The notes beneath the pieces were generated by a model. That model saw only the letters and a program-made list of their open reading frames with translations. It was not told where the DNA came from and made no database searches. Positions 9,733-19,311 of a stretch of 64,000 nucleotides of DNA are shown here, piece by piece (position 1 is the stretch's first letter; every line of letters starts with the position of its first letter). The stretch is from Bacteroidota bacterium (GTDB lineage: Bacteria; Bacteroidota; Bacteroidia; SXHM01). The DNA is taken from NCBI GenBank assembly GCA_947479755.1, contig CANKAM010000005.1, forward strand, positions 52,187 to 116,186, read 5' to 3'. Made by a program: the position numbers and the translations under genes.

Positions 9733-10506
9733 TTATTTATATGCCTTTACATTAAACAATTCATCAGGCCTTACAACAGTATATCCCTGCGTTTTCGCTT
9801 CTGTTAAAAATTTATCAATCAAAGGTACAACACCCTCCCATGTATCGTGAAACAAAAACACTGCTCCCGGTTTTAATTGCTTCGTTAATTTATTCATCAG
9901 TTTTTGCTCGTTTCTCTGCATTGAATCCATAGAGCGAACACTCCATCCGATGGTTTCATATTGCTTTTCCTTCACTGCTTTCTTCATTGCTGGAGTAGTA
10001 ATTCCGTAAGGCGGACGATAAAAATTCATTTGCTTACCCGTTGAATCAAAAACAAGTTTGTTTGATTGTTCAAATTCACGTTTCATTTTTCCGGAAGTAA
10101 AAAAATCAAAAAAATTAGAATGCGAGAAACTATGATTGCCGATAATGTGTCCTTCAAAATCTATTTTATTTAAGACCTCTTCGTTGCCGTCAATTTTCCT
10201 GCCAATACAGAAAAACGCTGCTTTTGCATTGTGCTTATTCAGCACTTCCAGCAGAGCAGGAGTAACATTTTTATCAGGCCCATCATCAAATGTAATGGCT
10301 ATTTCCCTTTTATCAGTCTTAACCTCACACCGTGTTTTTATATGATAGTTGGAGTTAATGAAATATGAACCCCAGAACATTATTGCAAGTTTTAAAACAA
10401 CCAGCATGGGATAAAACCAATTGCTTATGCCTATCCTGAAATCAAGGGTAAGCAACAAAACAAATAATAATGGGAAAATTAAGTTAACGCTTCGGTGATT
10501 CAACAT
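9733..10506 (-). CDS. Polysaccharide deacetylase (NodB homology domain) with N-terminal transmembrane segments
   Basis: ITFDDGPD motif plus H..H.SH and LFHD motifs typical of the CE4 family. Confidence 0.75.
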   Translation of the reverse strand: MLNHRSVNLIFPLLFVLLLTLDFRIGISNWFYPMLVVLKLAIMFWGSYFINSNYHIKTRCEVKTDKREIAITFDDGPDKNVTPALLEVLNKHNAKAAFFCIGRKIDGNEEVLNKIDFEGHIIGNHSFSHSNFFDFFTSGKMKREFEQSNKLVFDSTGKQMNFYRPPYGITTPAMKKAVKEKQYETIGWSVRSMDSMQRNEQKLMNKLTKQLKPGAVFLFHDTWEGVVPLIDKFLTEAKTQGYTVVRPDELFNVKAYK

Positions 10507-11564
10507 TGCGAAACCAGCATGAACGAATAATTAATATCGCGGTAGTGATTAACGATAAGAATATTTTTCACTGCACCTAATGGTGCTTTACCAAGTCTTA
10601 CCACTTCGGGAACATCTTGTTTTTTTATCACATTTGCCGAAAGCCAGAGCGCAAAAGCTGAAGATGTATAATAATCACCACAGAGATGTTTAAAATATGC
10701 TCCTGCTGTTTGATTGAACATAGTATCGCGCAAATGATAGTAAACACCATCTGTTCTTACATCGCCATTTAAACCGTAAACTACAAGATCAATATCTGCT
10801 ACCGAAAGATTATTGCGCTTCAAAAAATCAATAGTATGTTGCTCAACTTCTTTTTCGTTTTCAGGTTTGTATAGCGTTGACAATCCTTTCAGAAGTGCAT
10901 AGTTATTTGCATCTTCTTTGTCTGTGAGCATGAAAAATGTTGCTCCTTCACCGGAAATGGTTCCTGAAGTTTTGCTTTCCAGTAGTTGAAGACTATTGAT
11001 TTTTTCTTTTTTCCAGTGTCCTAACCTTTCGGTTGTAACATGAAGATTAACTGAGTTTTCATCAAAACCACCCAACAAAATTTTATGCGCATTACCTTCT
11101 GCAATCAACATCAAACTATCCAATAAAGCAGTTTCAAATGAAAAACCACGGTTCACATACGTACTGTTGTATTCTTTGCACTTCAGCATAATGGCAACCT
11201 GTCCGCTGATGGTGTTGTGCGTGCTTTGCATAAAAGCAGTTGGCGTTAATTGCTGCTCATTGTTATTCAACATTGCCAGCAAAAATTTTTCGGTGTCCTC
11301 AATGCAACCGAAACCCGTTCCTGTAATAACTGCATCAGGCATTTCAATTCCTGAATCAGTCAAACAGATTTTTGCTGCTGTAACGCCCATACGGAGTGTT
11401 CGGCTCATTCTTCGCAACTGCAAAGGGTTAATAAATTCCTTGTAAACCGGGTCAATGCAGAAAAGCATATTAGTATTGTATCCAACAACAGTATCAAGGA
11501 AATCATCCTTATCAAATGTTTGCTGAGGCGAAATCTGCCCTATGCCTCGGATATACGCCTTCAT
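10500..11564 (-). CDS. Beta-ketoacyl synthase-like protein lacking the catalytic Cys; probable chain-length-factor-type partner
   Basis: Thiolase/KS fold features (GTGFGC, GGFDE), but the position expected for the TAC(S)S active site reads NSTYVNRG. Overlaps neighbouring genes by 4 and 7 nt. Confidence 0.6.
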   Translation of the reverse strand: MKAYIRGIGQISPQQTFDKDDFLDTVVGYNTNMLFCIDPVYKEFINPLQLRRMSRTLRMGVTAAKICLTDSGIEMPDAVITGTGFGCIEDTEKFLLAMLNNNEQQLTPTAFMQSTHNTISGQVAIMLKCKEYNSTYVNRGFSFETALLDSLMLIAEGNAHKILLGGFDENSVNLHVTTERLGHWKKEKINSLQLLESKTSGTISGEGATFFMLTDKEDANNYALLKGLSTLYKPENEKEVEQHTIDFLKRNNLSVADIDLVVYGLNGDVRTDGVYYHLRDTMFNQTAGAYFKHLCGDYYTSSAFALWLSANVIKKQDVPEVVRLGKAPLGAVKNILIVNHYRDINYSFMLVSQC

Positions 11565-12769
11565 GCTTTTGAAAAAATTAACGATGTGTTGTTACCGCCA
11601 AAACCAAATGAATTGGAAAGCACATTTTTTACTCCTGCATTTTCCAGAACATCAGTAACCGGAACCAAATCAAATTCATCCATTTTATCCTTAAAATTAA
11701 GATTAGGAAAAATGGTGTTATTATGAATTGACAACGCAGAAAAAACAGCTTCAATTCCGCCTGCTGCTCCAAGCGTGTGTCCGGTATATCCTTTTGTAGA
11801 ACTGAATTTAGGAACATTATTTCCGAAGAATTTCATCATTGCATTTCCTTCCGATAAATCATTAATCTGTGTTGCTGTTCCGTGAACATTTACATAATCA
11901 ATGTCTTCTATTTTCAGCCCGCTAAGTGCCAATGCGCTGCTCATGGAAAGAAATGCTCCCGTTCCTTCCGGTGATGATGCAGTCTGGTGATACGCATCGC
12001 AGGTGTTTGCATACCCTTTGAGTTCGCAATAAATCTGTTTTCCTGCTTTCTGCGCTGCTTCTAACGATTCCAAAACAACAAAACCGGATCCTTCTCCAAG
12101 CGTAAGCCCGGTACGATTTTTATCAAAAGGTTTGCAATATTCTTTATCTAAAATCATCAAGGTATTAAATCCGTTGATGGTAAATTTTGTAAGTCCGTCA
12201 ACACCACCCGCCACTACCCTATCTACAATTCCGTGCTTTATCAATCGCGCTCCCAGCATCAGTGCATTTGCCGATGATGAACAGGCTGTATTAATAGAAG
12301 TAATGAAATCTTTTATACCAAGATTGTCTGCTATTTTCTCAGCACTGTCACCGCAATCATGCGAATCTATATACTTTACAAAGTCGCCCGTCTTCTCAGG
12401 ATTAATGTAGTCGAGATAGAATTTTTCGGTGCTTCCCATTCCGCCAACAGTAGTTGCAGAAATTAAAGCTGTTCGTATTCCGTCACCTTTCTTTGCTCCC
12501 GAATTATCAAATGCTTCTTTGGCGGCTATCATTCCCAATAAGGCTGTGCGTGTATAACCTGTATCCTCTGCTAAACCTGCAATCTGCAGCAACTCCTCAT
12601 CCGTATGCTTAACTTCAGCAATGGGAAGATTTCCTTTATGAATTGTTTCCAGATATTTAATCTGTCCTATGCCCGAACGTTTTGCACGCAGCGATGCGAG
12701 ATTCTGCTGCACATTGTCACCAATGGCAGAAATAATTCCCAACCCTGTGATTACAATCCTTTCAGACAT
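11561..12769 (-). CDS. Beta-ketoacyl-ACP synthase II family (FabF-like KS)
   Basis: Active-site Cys in INTACSSS, His in VHGTATQ and GYTGHTLGAAG, and C-terminal FGFGGNN. Confidence 0.85.
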   Translation of the reverse strand: MSERIVITGLGIISAIGDNVQQNLASLRAKRSGIGQIKYLETIHKGNLPIAEVKHTDEELLQIAGLAEDTGYTRTALLGMIAAKEAFDNSGAKKGDGIRTALISATTVGGMGSTEKFYLDYINPEKTGDFVKYIDSHDCGDSAEKIADNLGIKDFITSINTACSSSANALMLGARLIKHGIVDRVVAGGVDGLTKFTINGFNTLMILDKEYCKPFDKNRTGLTLGEGSGFVVLESLEAAQKAGKQIYCELKGYANTCDAYHQTASSPEGTGAFLSMSSALALSGLKIEDIDYVNVHGTATQINDLSEGNAMMKFFGNNVPKFSSTKGYTGHTLGAAGGIEAVFSALSIHNNTIFPNLNFKDKMDEFDLVPVTDVLENAGVKNVLSNSFGFGGNNTSLIFSKA

Positions 12770-12775
12770 TTCGCC

Positions 12776-13033
12776 TTAGGCTTTTCCGTGAGCAGTAATA
12801 TATTCTGCAATAGTGCGGATAGTGGCGAAAATCTTTTTCCCATCGGCAGGATTTTCAATTTTAAGTCCGTAATTTTTCTCAAGCAGAACAATGAGTTCAA
12901 GCGCATCAATAGAATCTAAACCCAAACCTTCGCCAAACAGCGAATCATCTGGGCTGATATCGTCAGGAGAAACACCTTCAAGATTTAATTGTTCAATAAT
13001 CTGTGTCTTAAGTTTAGCTATTAATGCGTCCAT
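12776..13033 (-). CDS. Acyl carrier protein
   Basis: 85 aa with the phosphopantetheine attachment motif LGLDSIDALEL. Confidence 0.85.
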   Translation of the reverse strand: MDALIAKLKTQIIEQLNLEGVSPDDISPDDSLFGEGLGLDSIDALELIVLLEKNYGLKIENPADGKKIFATIRTIAEYITAHGKA

Positions 13034-13043
13034 TGCTTGTTTA

Positions 13044-13652
13044 TTATCCGTTATAATATTTATTTAAATTCTCGTTTGTCAGTTCTGTACCGTCTGGTGT
13101 TTCTTCTGCAAGGCAAAGAAAAGCTTCATAGTTTTCATTCAGTAATTCAACCCAACCAATAACAACTGTTTTTGCTTTTTGTTCCTGTATTAATTGAGTC
13201 GCATAATTACACAAAAAATCTGCTTGAAAATGCTCGAAAACAAAAAAAGCATTTTCGCCCTTAAATTTATTGCGGATACTGATTTCACCCAGCATAATAT
13301 TGGGAAGTGTATAAACAAATAATGACGGGCTTGCGAAGTCTTTCACCGTGTTATAGTAGTTGATATCAGTGTCTAATGAAGATGAAGTATTGGCAAACAG
13401 AAGAGAAACATTTTCAGCACCATATTGTTCTGACAGCTTTCTGTTTTTCAGCAAAAACTCTGAAGTAATAAAAGCAAGTTTACACAAGTCGTCCATCTTA
13501 AAAAACTTGAGATAGGGCGAAGCATTCAAATCATAAGCTGATTTTATAAATTCATTAAAAGGAACTTCGACACCTTTTGTAAGCAAGGCTTCTCCATTCA
13601 GTTTAATCTGATTATTTCGGATTGAACAATATGTTGAAATGCAAATGCTCAT
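13044..13652 (-). CDS. Hypothetical protein translationally coupled to the upstream KS; possibly a small chain-length-factor-like partner
   Basis: 202 aa, with a 4-nt overlap with the KS gene at 13649-13652. No catalytic motifs recognised. Assignment rests on position only. Confidence 0.35.
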   Translation of the reverse strand: MSICISTYCSIRNNQIKLNGEALLTKGVEVPFNEFIKSAYDLNASPYLKFFKMDDLCKLAFITSEFLLKNRKLSEQYGAENVSLLFANTSSSLDTDINYYNTVKDFASPSLFVYTLPNIMLGEISIRNKFKGENAFFVFEHFQADFLCNYATQLIQEQKAKTVVIGWVELLNENYEAFLCLAEETPDGTELTNENLNKYYNG

Positions 13653-14803
13653 ATGCTTTTAAAAATTACCGCAGCATTACAACCTCCAAAACCAGATGCT
13701 GTTTTCAAACTTGTATTAACTTCCCTCTTTTCTCTTTGTGTGATAATATTCAGCTGTTCTGAAACACCTGAATTTTGGAAGCCCTGTGAAGGGAGCAACA
13801 CATTTCGTTTCATCGTTTCTAATGTTACTACAGCTTCAATAACGCCTGCAGCGCCCAATGTATGACCAAAAAAACCTTTCATACTATTAAGCGGAACATT
13901 TTGTAAACCAGCAACCGAAAAAGCTTTCGACTCCATTTCATCATTAAATGCAGTTGCGGTTCCATGAGCTGAAATAAAATCAATTGCGATTCCGCACTGC
14001 GCTTCTTTTGTCGCATTGGTAACAGCTAAAGCAAGTTCTTCCCCTGTGCGTGATGGTCCTGAAATGTGGTTCGCATCGTTGCTTACTGAACCTCCGGCTA
14101 CTATTATTTTCTTATCGTTATTATTCAACAAGTTTTCATCAGAAGTCAGTAATAAAGTTCCGCAGCCTTCTCCAAGCGTAATTCCTTTTCGCGCTGCATC
14201 ATAAGGTTTGCACGGCTCATCACTTAACGCTTTGAAAGAATTAAAACCTGACAACGTAAATTCAGAAACCAAATCACCACCCGAAACAATTACATTTTCA
14301 TATTGTCCTGAACGGATTAAACGCTGCGCGGTGATAATCGCAAGAACACCTGAAATACAGGCATTACTCAGAACTAAAGGAGAATTCTTCATTCCGAAAT
14401 AACGCGCAACTTCGCTTGCCATATCAGAAAGCAACAACCGTTTCTCAGAAAAACCTCCATAATTTTCTTCTTCAAGCAAATTGATATTACCCTTGGTAGT
14501 TGAAATAATCAGAAGTGTATTTCCCGCTTTTATATCTAATCCTGATTCCTCAATCACATCAGCAATGGAGAGAATAAATATTTTTTCAAGTCTTGTGAAG
14601 TTCTGCTTATTGTTTAGAGCAGAAAATTTCTCATTCAACTTTCCGTCATCAACAAGTGAAGCGTAAAATGAAAAAGGCAAAAAATCTTCACGAGTAAATT
14701 TCTGTATTCCGGTTCTGCCCTGCTCCATGGCTGAAAAATTTTCTTCTGCAGTAAATCCCAATGAAGAAATTATGTTTCCCTGAGCAGCGAAAACAGTTTT
14801 CAT
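13649..14803 (-). CDS. Beta-ketoacyl synthase (KS) of the type-II polyketide/fatty-acid-like aryl-polyene pathway
   Basis: Active-site Cys in LSNACISG, His in SAHGTATAF and GFFGHTLGAAG, and C-terminal SGFGGCNAA. Confidence 0.85.
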   Translation of the reverse strand: MKTVFAAQGNIISSLGFTAEENFSAMEQGRTGIQKFTREDFLPFSFYASLVDDGKLNEKFSALNNKQNFTRLEKIFILSIADVIEESGLDIKAGNTLLIISTTKGNINLLEEENYGGFSEKRLLLSDMASEVARYFGMKNSPLVLSNACISGVLAIITAQRLIRSGQYENVIVSGGDLVSEFTLSGFNSFKALSDEPCKPYDAARKGITLGEGCGTLLLTSDENLLNNNDKKIIVAGGSVSNDANHISGPSRTGEELALAVTNATKEAQCGIAIDFISAHGTATAFNDEMESKAFSVAGLQNVPLNSMKGFFGHTLGAAGVIEAVVTLETMKRNVLLPSQGFQNSGVSEQLNIITQREKREVNTSLKTASGFGGCNAAVIFKSI

Positions 14804-15228
14804 TTCAATAAACCGTTTTTCTTTTTCCAGCTTTCAAAATAGGGAGGATGATTGAGGAAAAGATTACTGTTCTTGTCTAAAAAAACCTGAATGGTTTCGC
14901 CCATTGCCGACAAAGCTCCATCGGACTTACAAAAGATTTTATATCGAAAATGAATTTTTGCTGCCGGATTATTCACAAACTCTGTTTCAATAATAGCCAC
15001 ATCACTGTATTTTAAAGGCTTTTTGTGTTCGCAAAGTGTCCTGACAATAGGTGTAGCAAAACCCTCATTATACATGGCAAGGTAATTCAGTCCGTGTTCT
15101 GCCGAAAAAGCCTCACGACCGTCCTCAAAATATTTAATATAGTTGCCGTGCCAGACAATGCCAAGCGCATCCGTATCGCTGAAGCGGATTTGTATTTCGG
15201 AACGGGAAACTAATTGGGCTTTTTTCAA
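14800..15228 (-). CDS. 4HBT-type hotdog acyl-ACP/CoA thioesterase
   Basis: 142 aa with FSDTDALGIVWHGNY (YbgC/4HBT signature D..G.V.H..Y). The start is TTG at 15226-15228; there is no in-frame ATG upstream. Confidence 0.7.
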   Translation of the reverse strand: MKKAQLVSRSEIQIRFSDTDALGIVWHGNYIKYFEDGREAFSAEHGLNYLAMYNEGFATPIVRTLCEHKKPLKYSDVAIIETEFVNNPAAKIHFRYKIFCKSDGALSAMGETIQVFLDKNSNLFLNHPPYFESWKKKNGLLK

Positions 15229-15320
15229 TGTTAAGAAATTGTAAAAATTGCGACTGCAAAGAAAGGAAAAAAAGCCGCCTGTTTGATGCCTGTATTACAA
15301 ACACTGACCAACATCAATCG

Positions 15321-15758
15321 CTACTCCTCAATTTTCAGTTTTTTAATTGCCTTTATCGGGCCGGGACAAACGGATTGGTGGCAGTTAATGCAACGCTGAA
15401 CAAGACTATTGTAATTTGTTTCAAGTTCACTGGGTGAGGATTGATACAATTGTTTTAAACCCTCAACATAGCTGGCAGCAAAGGCTTCAAATTCTTCGGT
15501 TTTCACTGTTGGGTCGGTAGGTTTAGCTGTATGAATTTTTAAAAAAGCTTCCGGAAATTTTTCCGGAAGCTTTCCTTGTTTAACTAATTCTTTTATGGAT
15601 GCTGTTGAATCGTTCATCATGCGCATGAGTAATGCCAGCTCGCTGTCGCCATTTGGATTCAAAGGCTTATCAGAAGTGTTTTTACACTGGAACAAAAATA
15701 AACTGACAAAAGCTGCTAAAAAAAACAAACTGATTTTACCAACAAACGCAGTCTTCAT
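15321..15758 (-). CDS. Small probable lipoprotein with a single CxxCH (c-type haem-binding-like) motif
   Basis: Signal peptide ending LFLFQC, and the motif QRCINCHQSVCPG near the C-terminus. Lies 5 nt downstream of the TonB-dependent receptor gene. Confidence 0.45.
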   Translation of the reverse strand: MKTAFVGKISLFFLAAFVSLFLFQCKNTSDKPLNPNGDSELALLMRMMNDSTASIKELVKQGKLPEKFPEAFLKIHTAKPTDPTVKTEEFEAFAASYVEGLKQLYQSSPSELETNYNSLVQRCINCHQSVCPGPIKAIKKLKIEE

Positions 15759-15763
15759 TTCAA

Positions 15764-18238
15764 TTAAACCTTAAGCGTATATTGCAATGAAATAGTACGG
15801 GGAGCTTCAATTTTAAGCGGGCGCAATGAGTACTCTCTGTTCAGAAAATTGTTGCTGATTAGTGCAATCTTATGACTAGGTGAAATCTGGTAACTCAAGC
15901 GGATGTCCATCACAATGTTACCATGTTTGTTATCACCGATAATAATTTTATCTGATACACCTTGTTGTGAAGGTATATAAATGTCACCACGATATTGAGG
16001 CAAACCGGTTTGTAAAACTGTATTATCCAAAGCATAAAAATTGCGGTCGAGATTTTTCATATAACTATAATAGCGACAACTGTATCCAAGTGTAAATTTT
16101 TTGTAAAAAAACTCTACATCAATTTTTGCAATATGCTTGAAACGATATTTTAATATGTCGTTTGTAGTATCAATACTTGTCTTTTTGAAAGTCAATTCAT
16201 TTCCCTGTATACCACTTATCGAATTATCTGTATCAACACTATCAGTTCCGAATACAAAATCAGGGCTAAGATTTTTAGGAGTTGTATAGGTATAACCAGC
16301 TAATACATTCATGCCAAAATGTTTTGTGAACTGTCCCCTGCCGATAATGGAAATATCGATACCACGAACTTGAATATCTGCTGTATTCATAAATCTAAAA
16401 CCATTACTTGAAACACCAAGAGTCGGTTTCCACTGAGCAAAAACATATTCCATAGCGTTCTGATATTCCTGCCAAAATCCTGCGAGATCAATGTAACCAA
16501 AGAATTTCCCAATTTTAAAACCTTGCTTAATACCCATTTCAAAATTCCAGCTTGTTTCTGGTTTTAAAGTTTGATTTGGAAATACCCCTAACCCTCCGGC
16601 ACTGGTTTGAATGTACTTTTCAGCAATAGTAGGAAAACGATAGCCTTGACCATATGAAGTTCTGAAGTAGGTTTCTTTAGCTGCTTTCAGGCTTAAACCA
16701 CCCCTGAGAACAGGCTTTGTAACAAATTCCTGCTCATTAATCTGAAAAAATTCATAGCGCACACCCCCTGAAAAATTCACTACATCTTTCCAGAATTTTT
16801 TATCAACCTGCATGTAGCCGGCTGCATTTTTTGAATTATTCAACCCATTTGAATCAGCATTTGCAATATATAATTGCGACCATGAATCAACATAACTACC
16901 CGTAAATCCTGCTGTCATTGTCAACCCGTCTAAAGATTGCCACGATCTCTGAAATTGATAGTCGCCAAAGAATACTGTACTTATATTACTCTGGTTATTT
17001 CCGTTATCATTATCAGTGTGATTAATTCGTGTTCTTAAACTGTGGCGGTAGCCTTTAGGACTGTAATAGGTTATAAACGGATCAATGTAAAACAGAAACA
17101 TGTCCTGCACGGTCATTGTTGCAGGAAATGCGGTATATATTCCTGATCCTGCTGTATCCCAAACCAACGAAAAATTAGTGTGTGAAAGCATAAAATTTCC
17201 ATTTACCCCAACAGCCAAACCTTCCACCTTTTTGAAACGGTAACGTAAGTTAAAATTAACTCGGGCTTTTCGGTCCTGAACATCCTTTTCAGAAATTGAA
17301 TAATTCTGAAAGGATGAATCTTTTCCTGTTTCAATAATTGGAGGACCAATATAATTATGGTCATACAAGACATTTCCGCCAAACACAAAATCAAGCTGAC
17401 CAATTTTACGGGAGTGAAAAAAATTCATCCCCGAAAAGTTGGCAATGCCATCCCACCATTTTGCTTCTTTAGTAGCCGGTGTACTGTACATCCCCGTAAA
17501 AACATTCACGTTGGTTAACGGCTCGTTTTTAGGATATGCTGTGCGTATATTGATAATGCCGTTAAGAGCTGATGAGCCATAAAGCACAGATGACGCACCT
17601 TTAATTACTTCAATCTGTTCAAGATTTTCAACCGGAATAAAGCTCCATTCAGGTTTTCCTACATCACCAATTGAAATGGGTAGTTCATCAACATATACAC
17701 CAACGCGAGTTCCAACGCCAAAGTTAAAACCGCTACCTCCTCGTATTTGAGGTTCGCTGTCAAGAATAACAAGTCCCGGAGCCTGTTCCAGTGCAGTCTG
17801 TATACTTTTTGTATTTTTATTTTCAACCAGATTTGGCTTTATCACCTCCATTGAAACAGTTACTTCACCATAGCTCTGTTCAAATTTTCCTGCAGAAACA
17901 ACGGTTATACCAAGTTCCTGAGCAGCATCGTTCATCTCAACGCTAAAGGTGGTTACTTGTCCTTCTGTAAAAGTTAAGGTAAGCGTATCGCTCTGCATCC
18001 CTGTGAAGGTAAAAATTACACTTTGCTTTCCAACAGGAAGTTTCAGTTCATAATTTCCGTTAAAATCGGTGATTGTTCCAATTTTAGGGTCGCTTTTCAA
18101 AACAACACTTGCGCCTATAATTGTATCTTTAGTTTTCCCATTAGTAACTGTTCCTTTTAGTGTTCCCGTTTGTGCATATGAAACGAAATTGAAAGCAAGA
18201 ATCAGAAAGCAAGAGGAAATGAAATGGTTTAGTTTCAT
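15764..18238 (-). CDS. TonB-dependent outer-membrane receptor with N-terminal carboxypeptidase-regulatory-like domain
   Basis: Signal peptide, then a TGTLKGTVTNG...IIGASVVL CarbopepD_reg-like beta-sandwich. Plug domain motifs (YGSSALNGIINIRT) and a long beta-barrel follow. Confidence 0.85.
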   Translation of the reverse strand: MKLNHFISSCFLILAFNFVSYAQTGTLKGTVTNGKTKDTIIGASVVLKSDPKIGTITDFNGNYELKLPVGKQSVIFTFTGMQSDTLTLTFTEGQVTTFSVEMNDAAQELGITVVSAGKFEQSYGEVTVSMEVIKPNLVENKNTKSIQTALEQAPGLVILDSEPQIRGGSGFNFGVGTRVGVYVDELPISIGDVGKPEWSFIPVENLEQIEVIKGASSVLYGSSALNGIINIRTAYPKNEPLTNVNVFTGMYSTPATKEAKWWDGIANFSGMNFFHSRKIGQLDFVFGGNVLYDHNYIGPPIIETGKDSSFQNYSISEKDVQDRKARVNFNLRYRFKKVEGLAVGVNGNFMLSHTNFSLVWDTAGSGIYTAFPATMTVQDMFLFYIDPFITYYSPKGYRHSLRTRINHTDNDNGNNQSNISTVFFGDYQFQRSWQSLDGLTMTAGFTGSYVDSWSQLYIANADSNGLNNSKNAAGYMQVDKKFWKDVVNFSGGVRYEFFQINEQEFVTKPVLRGGLSLKAAKETYFRTSYGQGYRFPTIAEKYIQTSAGGLGVFPNQTLKPETSWNFEMGIKQGFKIGKFFGYIDLAGFWQEYQNAMEYVFAQWKPTLGVSSNGFRFMNTADIQVRGIDISIIGRGQFTKHFGMNVLAGYTYTTPKNLSPDFVFGTDSVDTDNSISGIQGNELTFKKTSIDTTNDILKYRFKHIAKIDVEFFYKKFTLGYSCRYYSYMKNLDRNFYALDNTVLQTGLPQYRGDIYIPSQQGVSDKIIIGDNKHGNIVMDIRLSYQISPSHKIALISNNFLNREYSLRPLKIEAPRTISLQYTLKV

Positions 18239-18257
18239 TTTTTTTCAGATTTTAGTT

Positions 18258-18297
18258 AATAAAAAAGAAACCCGTCTTGCTTGGGGCGAGACGGGTT
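18258..18297 (-). terminator. Rho-independent terminator downstream of the T9SS cargo gene 18312..19190
   Basis: Hairpin AACCCGTCT(18269-77) / AGACGGGTT(18289-97), followed on the minus strand by a T-run (A-run 18261-18267 on plus). Confidence 0.6.
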
Positions 18298-18311
18298 CTC
18301 AGTTAATCCGT

Positions 18312-19190
18312 TTAGCGGGTAACTGCAAATTTACCCGTGTGCAAAATTTCTGAATTGTTATCTGTAAACGTGTAAAGATAAACTCCCGGTGAGTATGTTG
18401 AAATATTGGTTCTTGTTGTGTTAAGCCCAATGTTTAGTTCATTTACTTTTTTACCGGTTACATCGTACACCTGCATTTTTGCGGATTTGTTAAGCGGATT
18501 TTTTACAAATAATTCATCGGTTGCAGGATTTGGATACACATTGAATGCATATTTAGTATTGTTTTCGTTAATACCTGTTGTGAAAACAAATTCCAAATCA
18601 TCAAACTGTACAACACTTCCTACTACAGGAGAATATCCTGAACTTGGCAATAAAATAACTCTTGATAACTCAGGATTTCCTGATGAAAAATATACAAAAG
18701 GCACAGAAAAGCGGAACCATTCTGATGCTGCAACCGGCTGATCAAATCTTGCACGGGCAACTGTATCTGAGGCATTCGCGTTCATCAATAGCACCTCGAT
18801 ATAAGCTGTGTCAGTATTTACAGGTGCGTATTTCATCCAACCTACAACGCTGTCAGGACGTTCAGTATAAGCAATACCACCTTCAATTACCTGAGTAGTT
18901 GTATTAATAGTTCCTGTGGTAACAAGAGCCGGTGCTGCCTGATTAAAAGGTGCTCCTATAAATTTTGTTTCGCCACGCAAAGAATAGGAGCCGCTATGTG
19001 CGTCAGTTGACTTTGTAACGGTAACTATTCCAAGAAAAGAAGTAGAGGAATTTAAGGTGCTCCAGTTGTTAGGATTATCATAACCTGAACCTGCTGTCCA
19101 GTTTTCAAAACCAGGATTTGGTAAAGCTTGTGCATTAACTGAGTAATTAATAACAATACCTGAAAGTATAAGTGTAAATAATTTTTTCAT
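18312..19190 (-). CDS. Secreted protein with T9SS C-terminal sorting domain; N-terminal domain of unknown function
   Basis: Signal peptide MKKLFTLILSGIVINYSVNAQ. C-terminus NVYPNPATDELFV...GVYLYTF... is a T9SS CTD. The N-terminal domain begins NPGFENW. Confidence 0.75.
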   Translation of the reverse strand: MKKLFTLILSGIVINYSVNAQALPNPGFENWTAGSGYDNPNNWSTLNSSTSFLGIVTVTKSTDAHSGSYSLRGETKFIGAPFNQAAPALVTTGTINTTTQVIEGGIAYTERPDSVVGWMKYAPVNTDTAYIEVLLMNANASDTVARARFDQPVAASEWFRFSVPFVYFSSGNPELSRVILLPSSGYSPVVGSVVQFDDLEFVFTTGINENNTKYAFNVYPNPATDELFVKNPLNKSAKMQVYDVTGKKVNELNIGLNTTRTNISTYSPGVYLYTFTDNNSEILHTGKFAVTR

Positions 19191-19311
19191 TTTTATTTTT
19201 TTTGGTTAATAATGTGGTCAAAAGTAGAAATTATTTAATACTACAAACTGAAGTCGCCTTTCATGTTTTCAACAAGAAATGAAAGATGAAATTTATACCT
19301 AATTTGGCGGC

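Noticed and set aside
19191-19311. Candidate ruvC promoter (TAATTTGG region)
   Set aside because: It only matches 7 of 8 positions of TAnnTTTG, and the spacing to a -33 element is unclear, so it was not reported as a feature.
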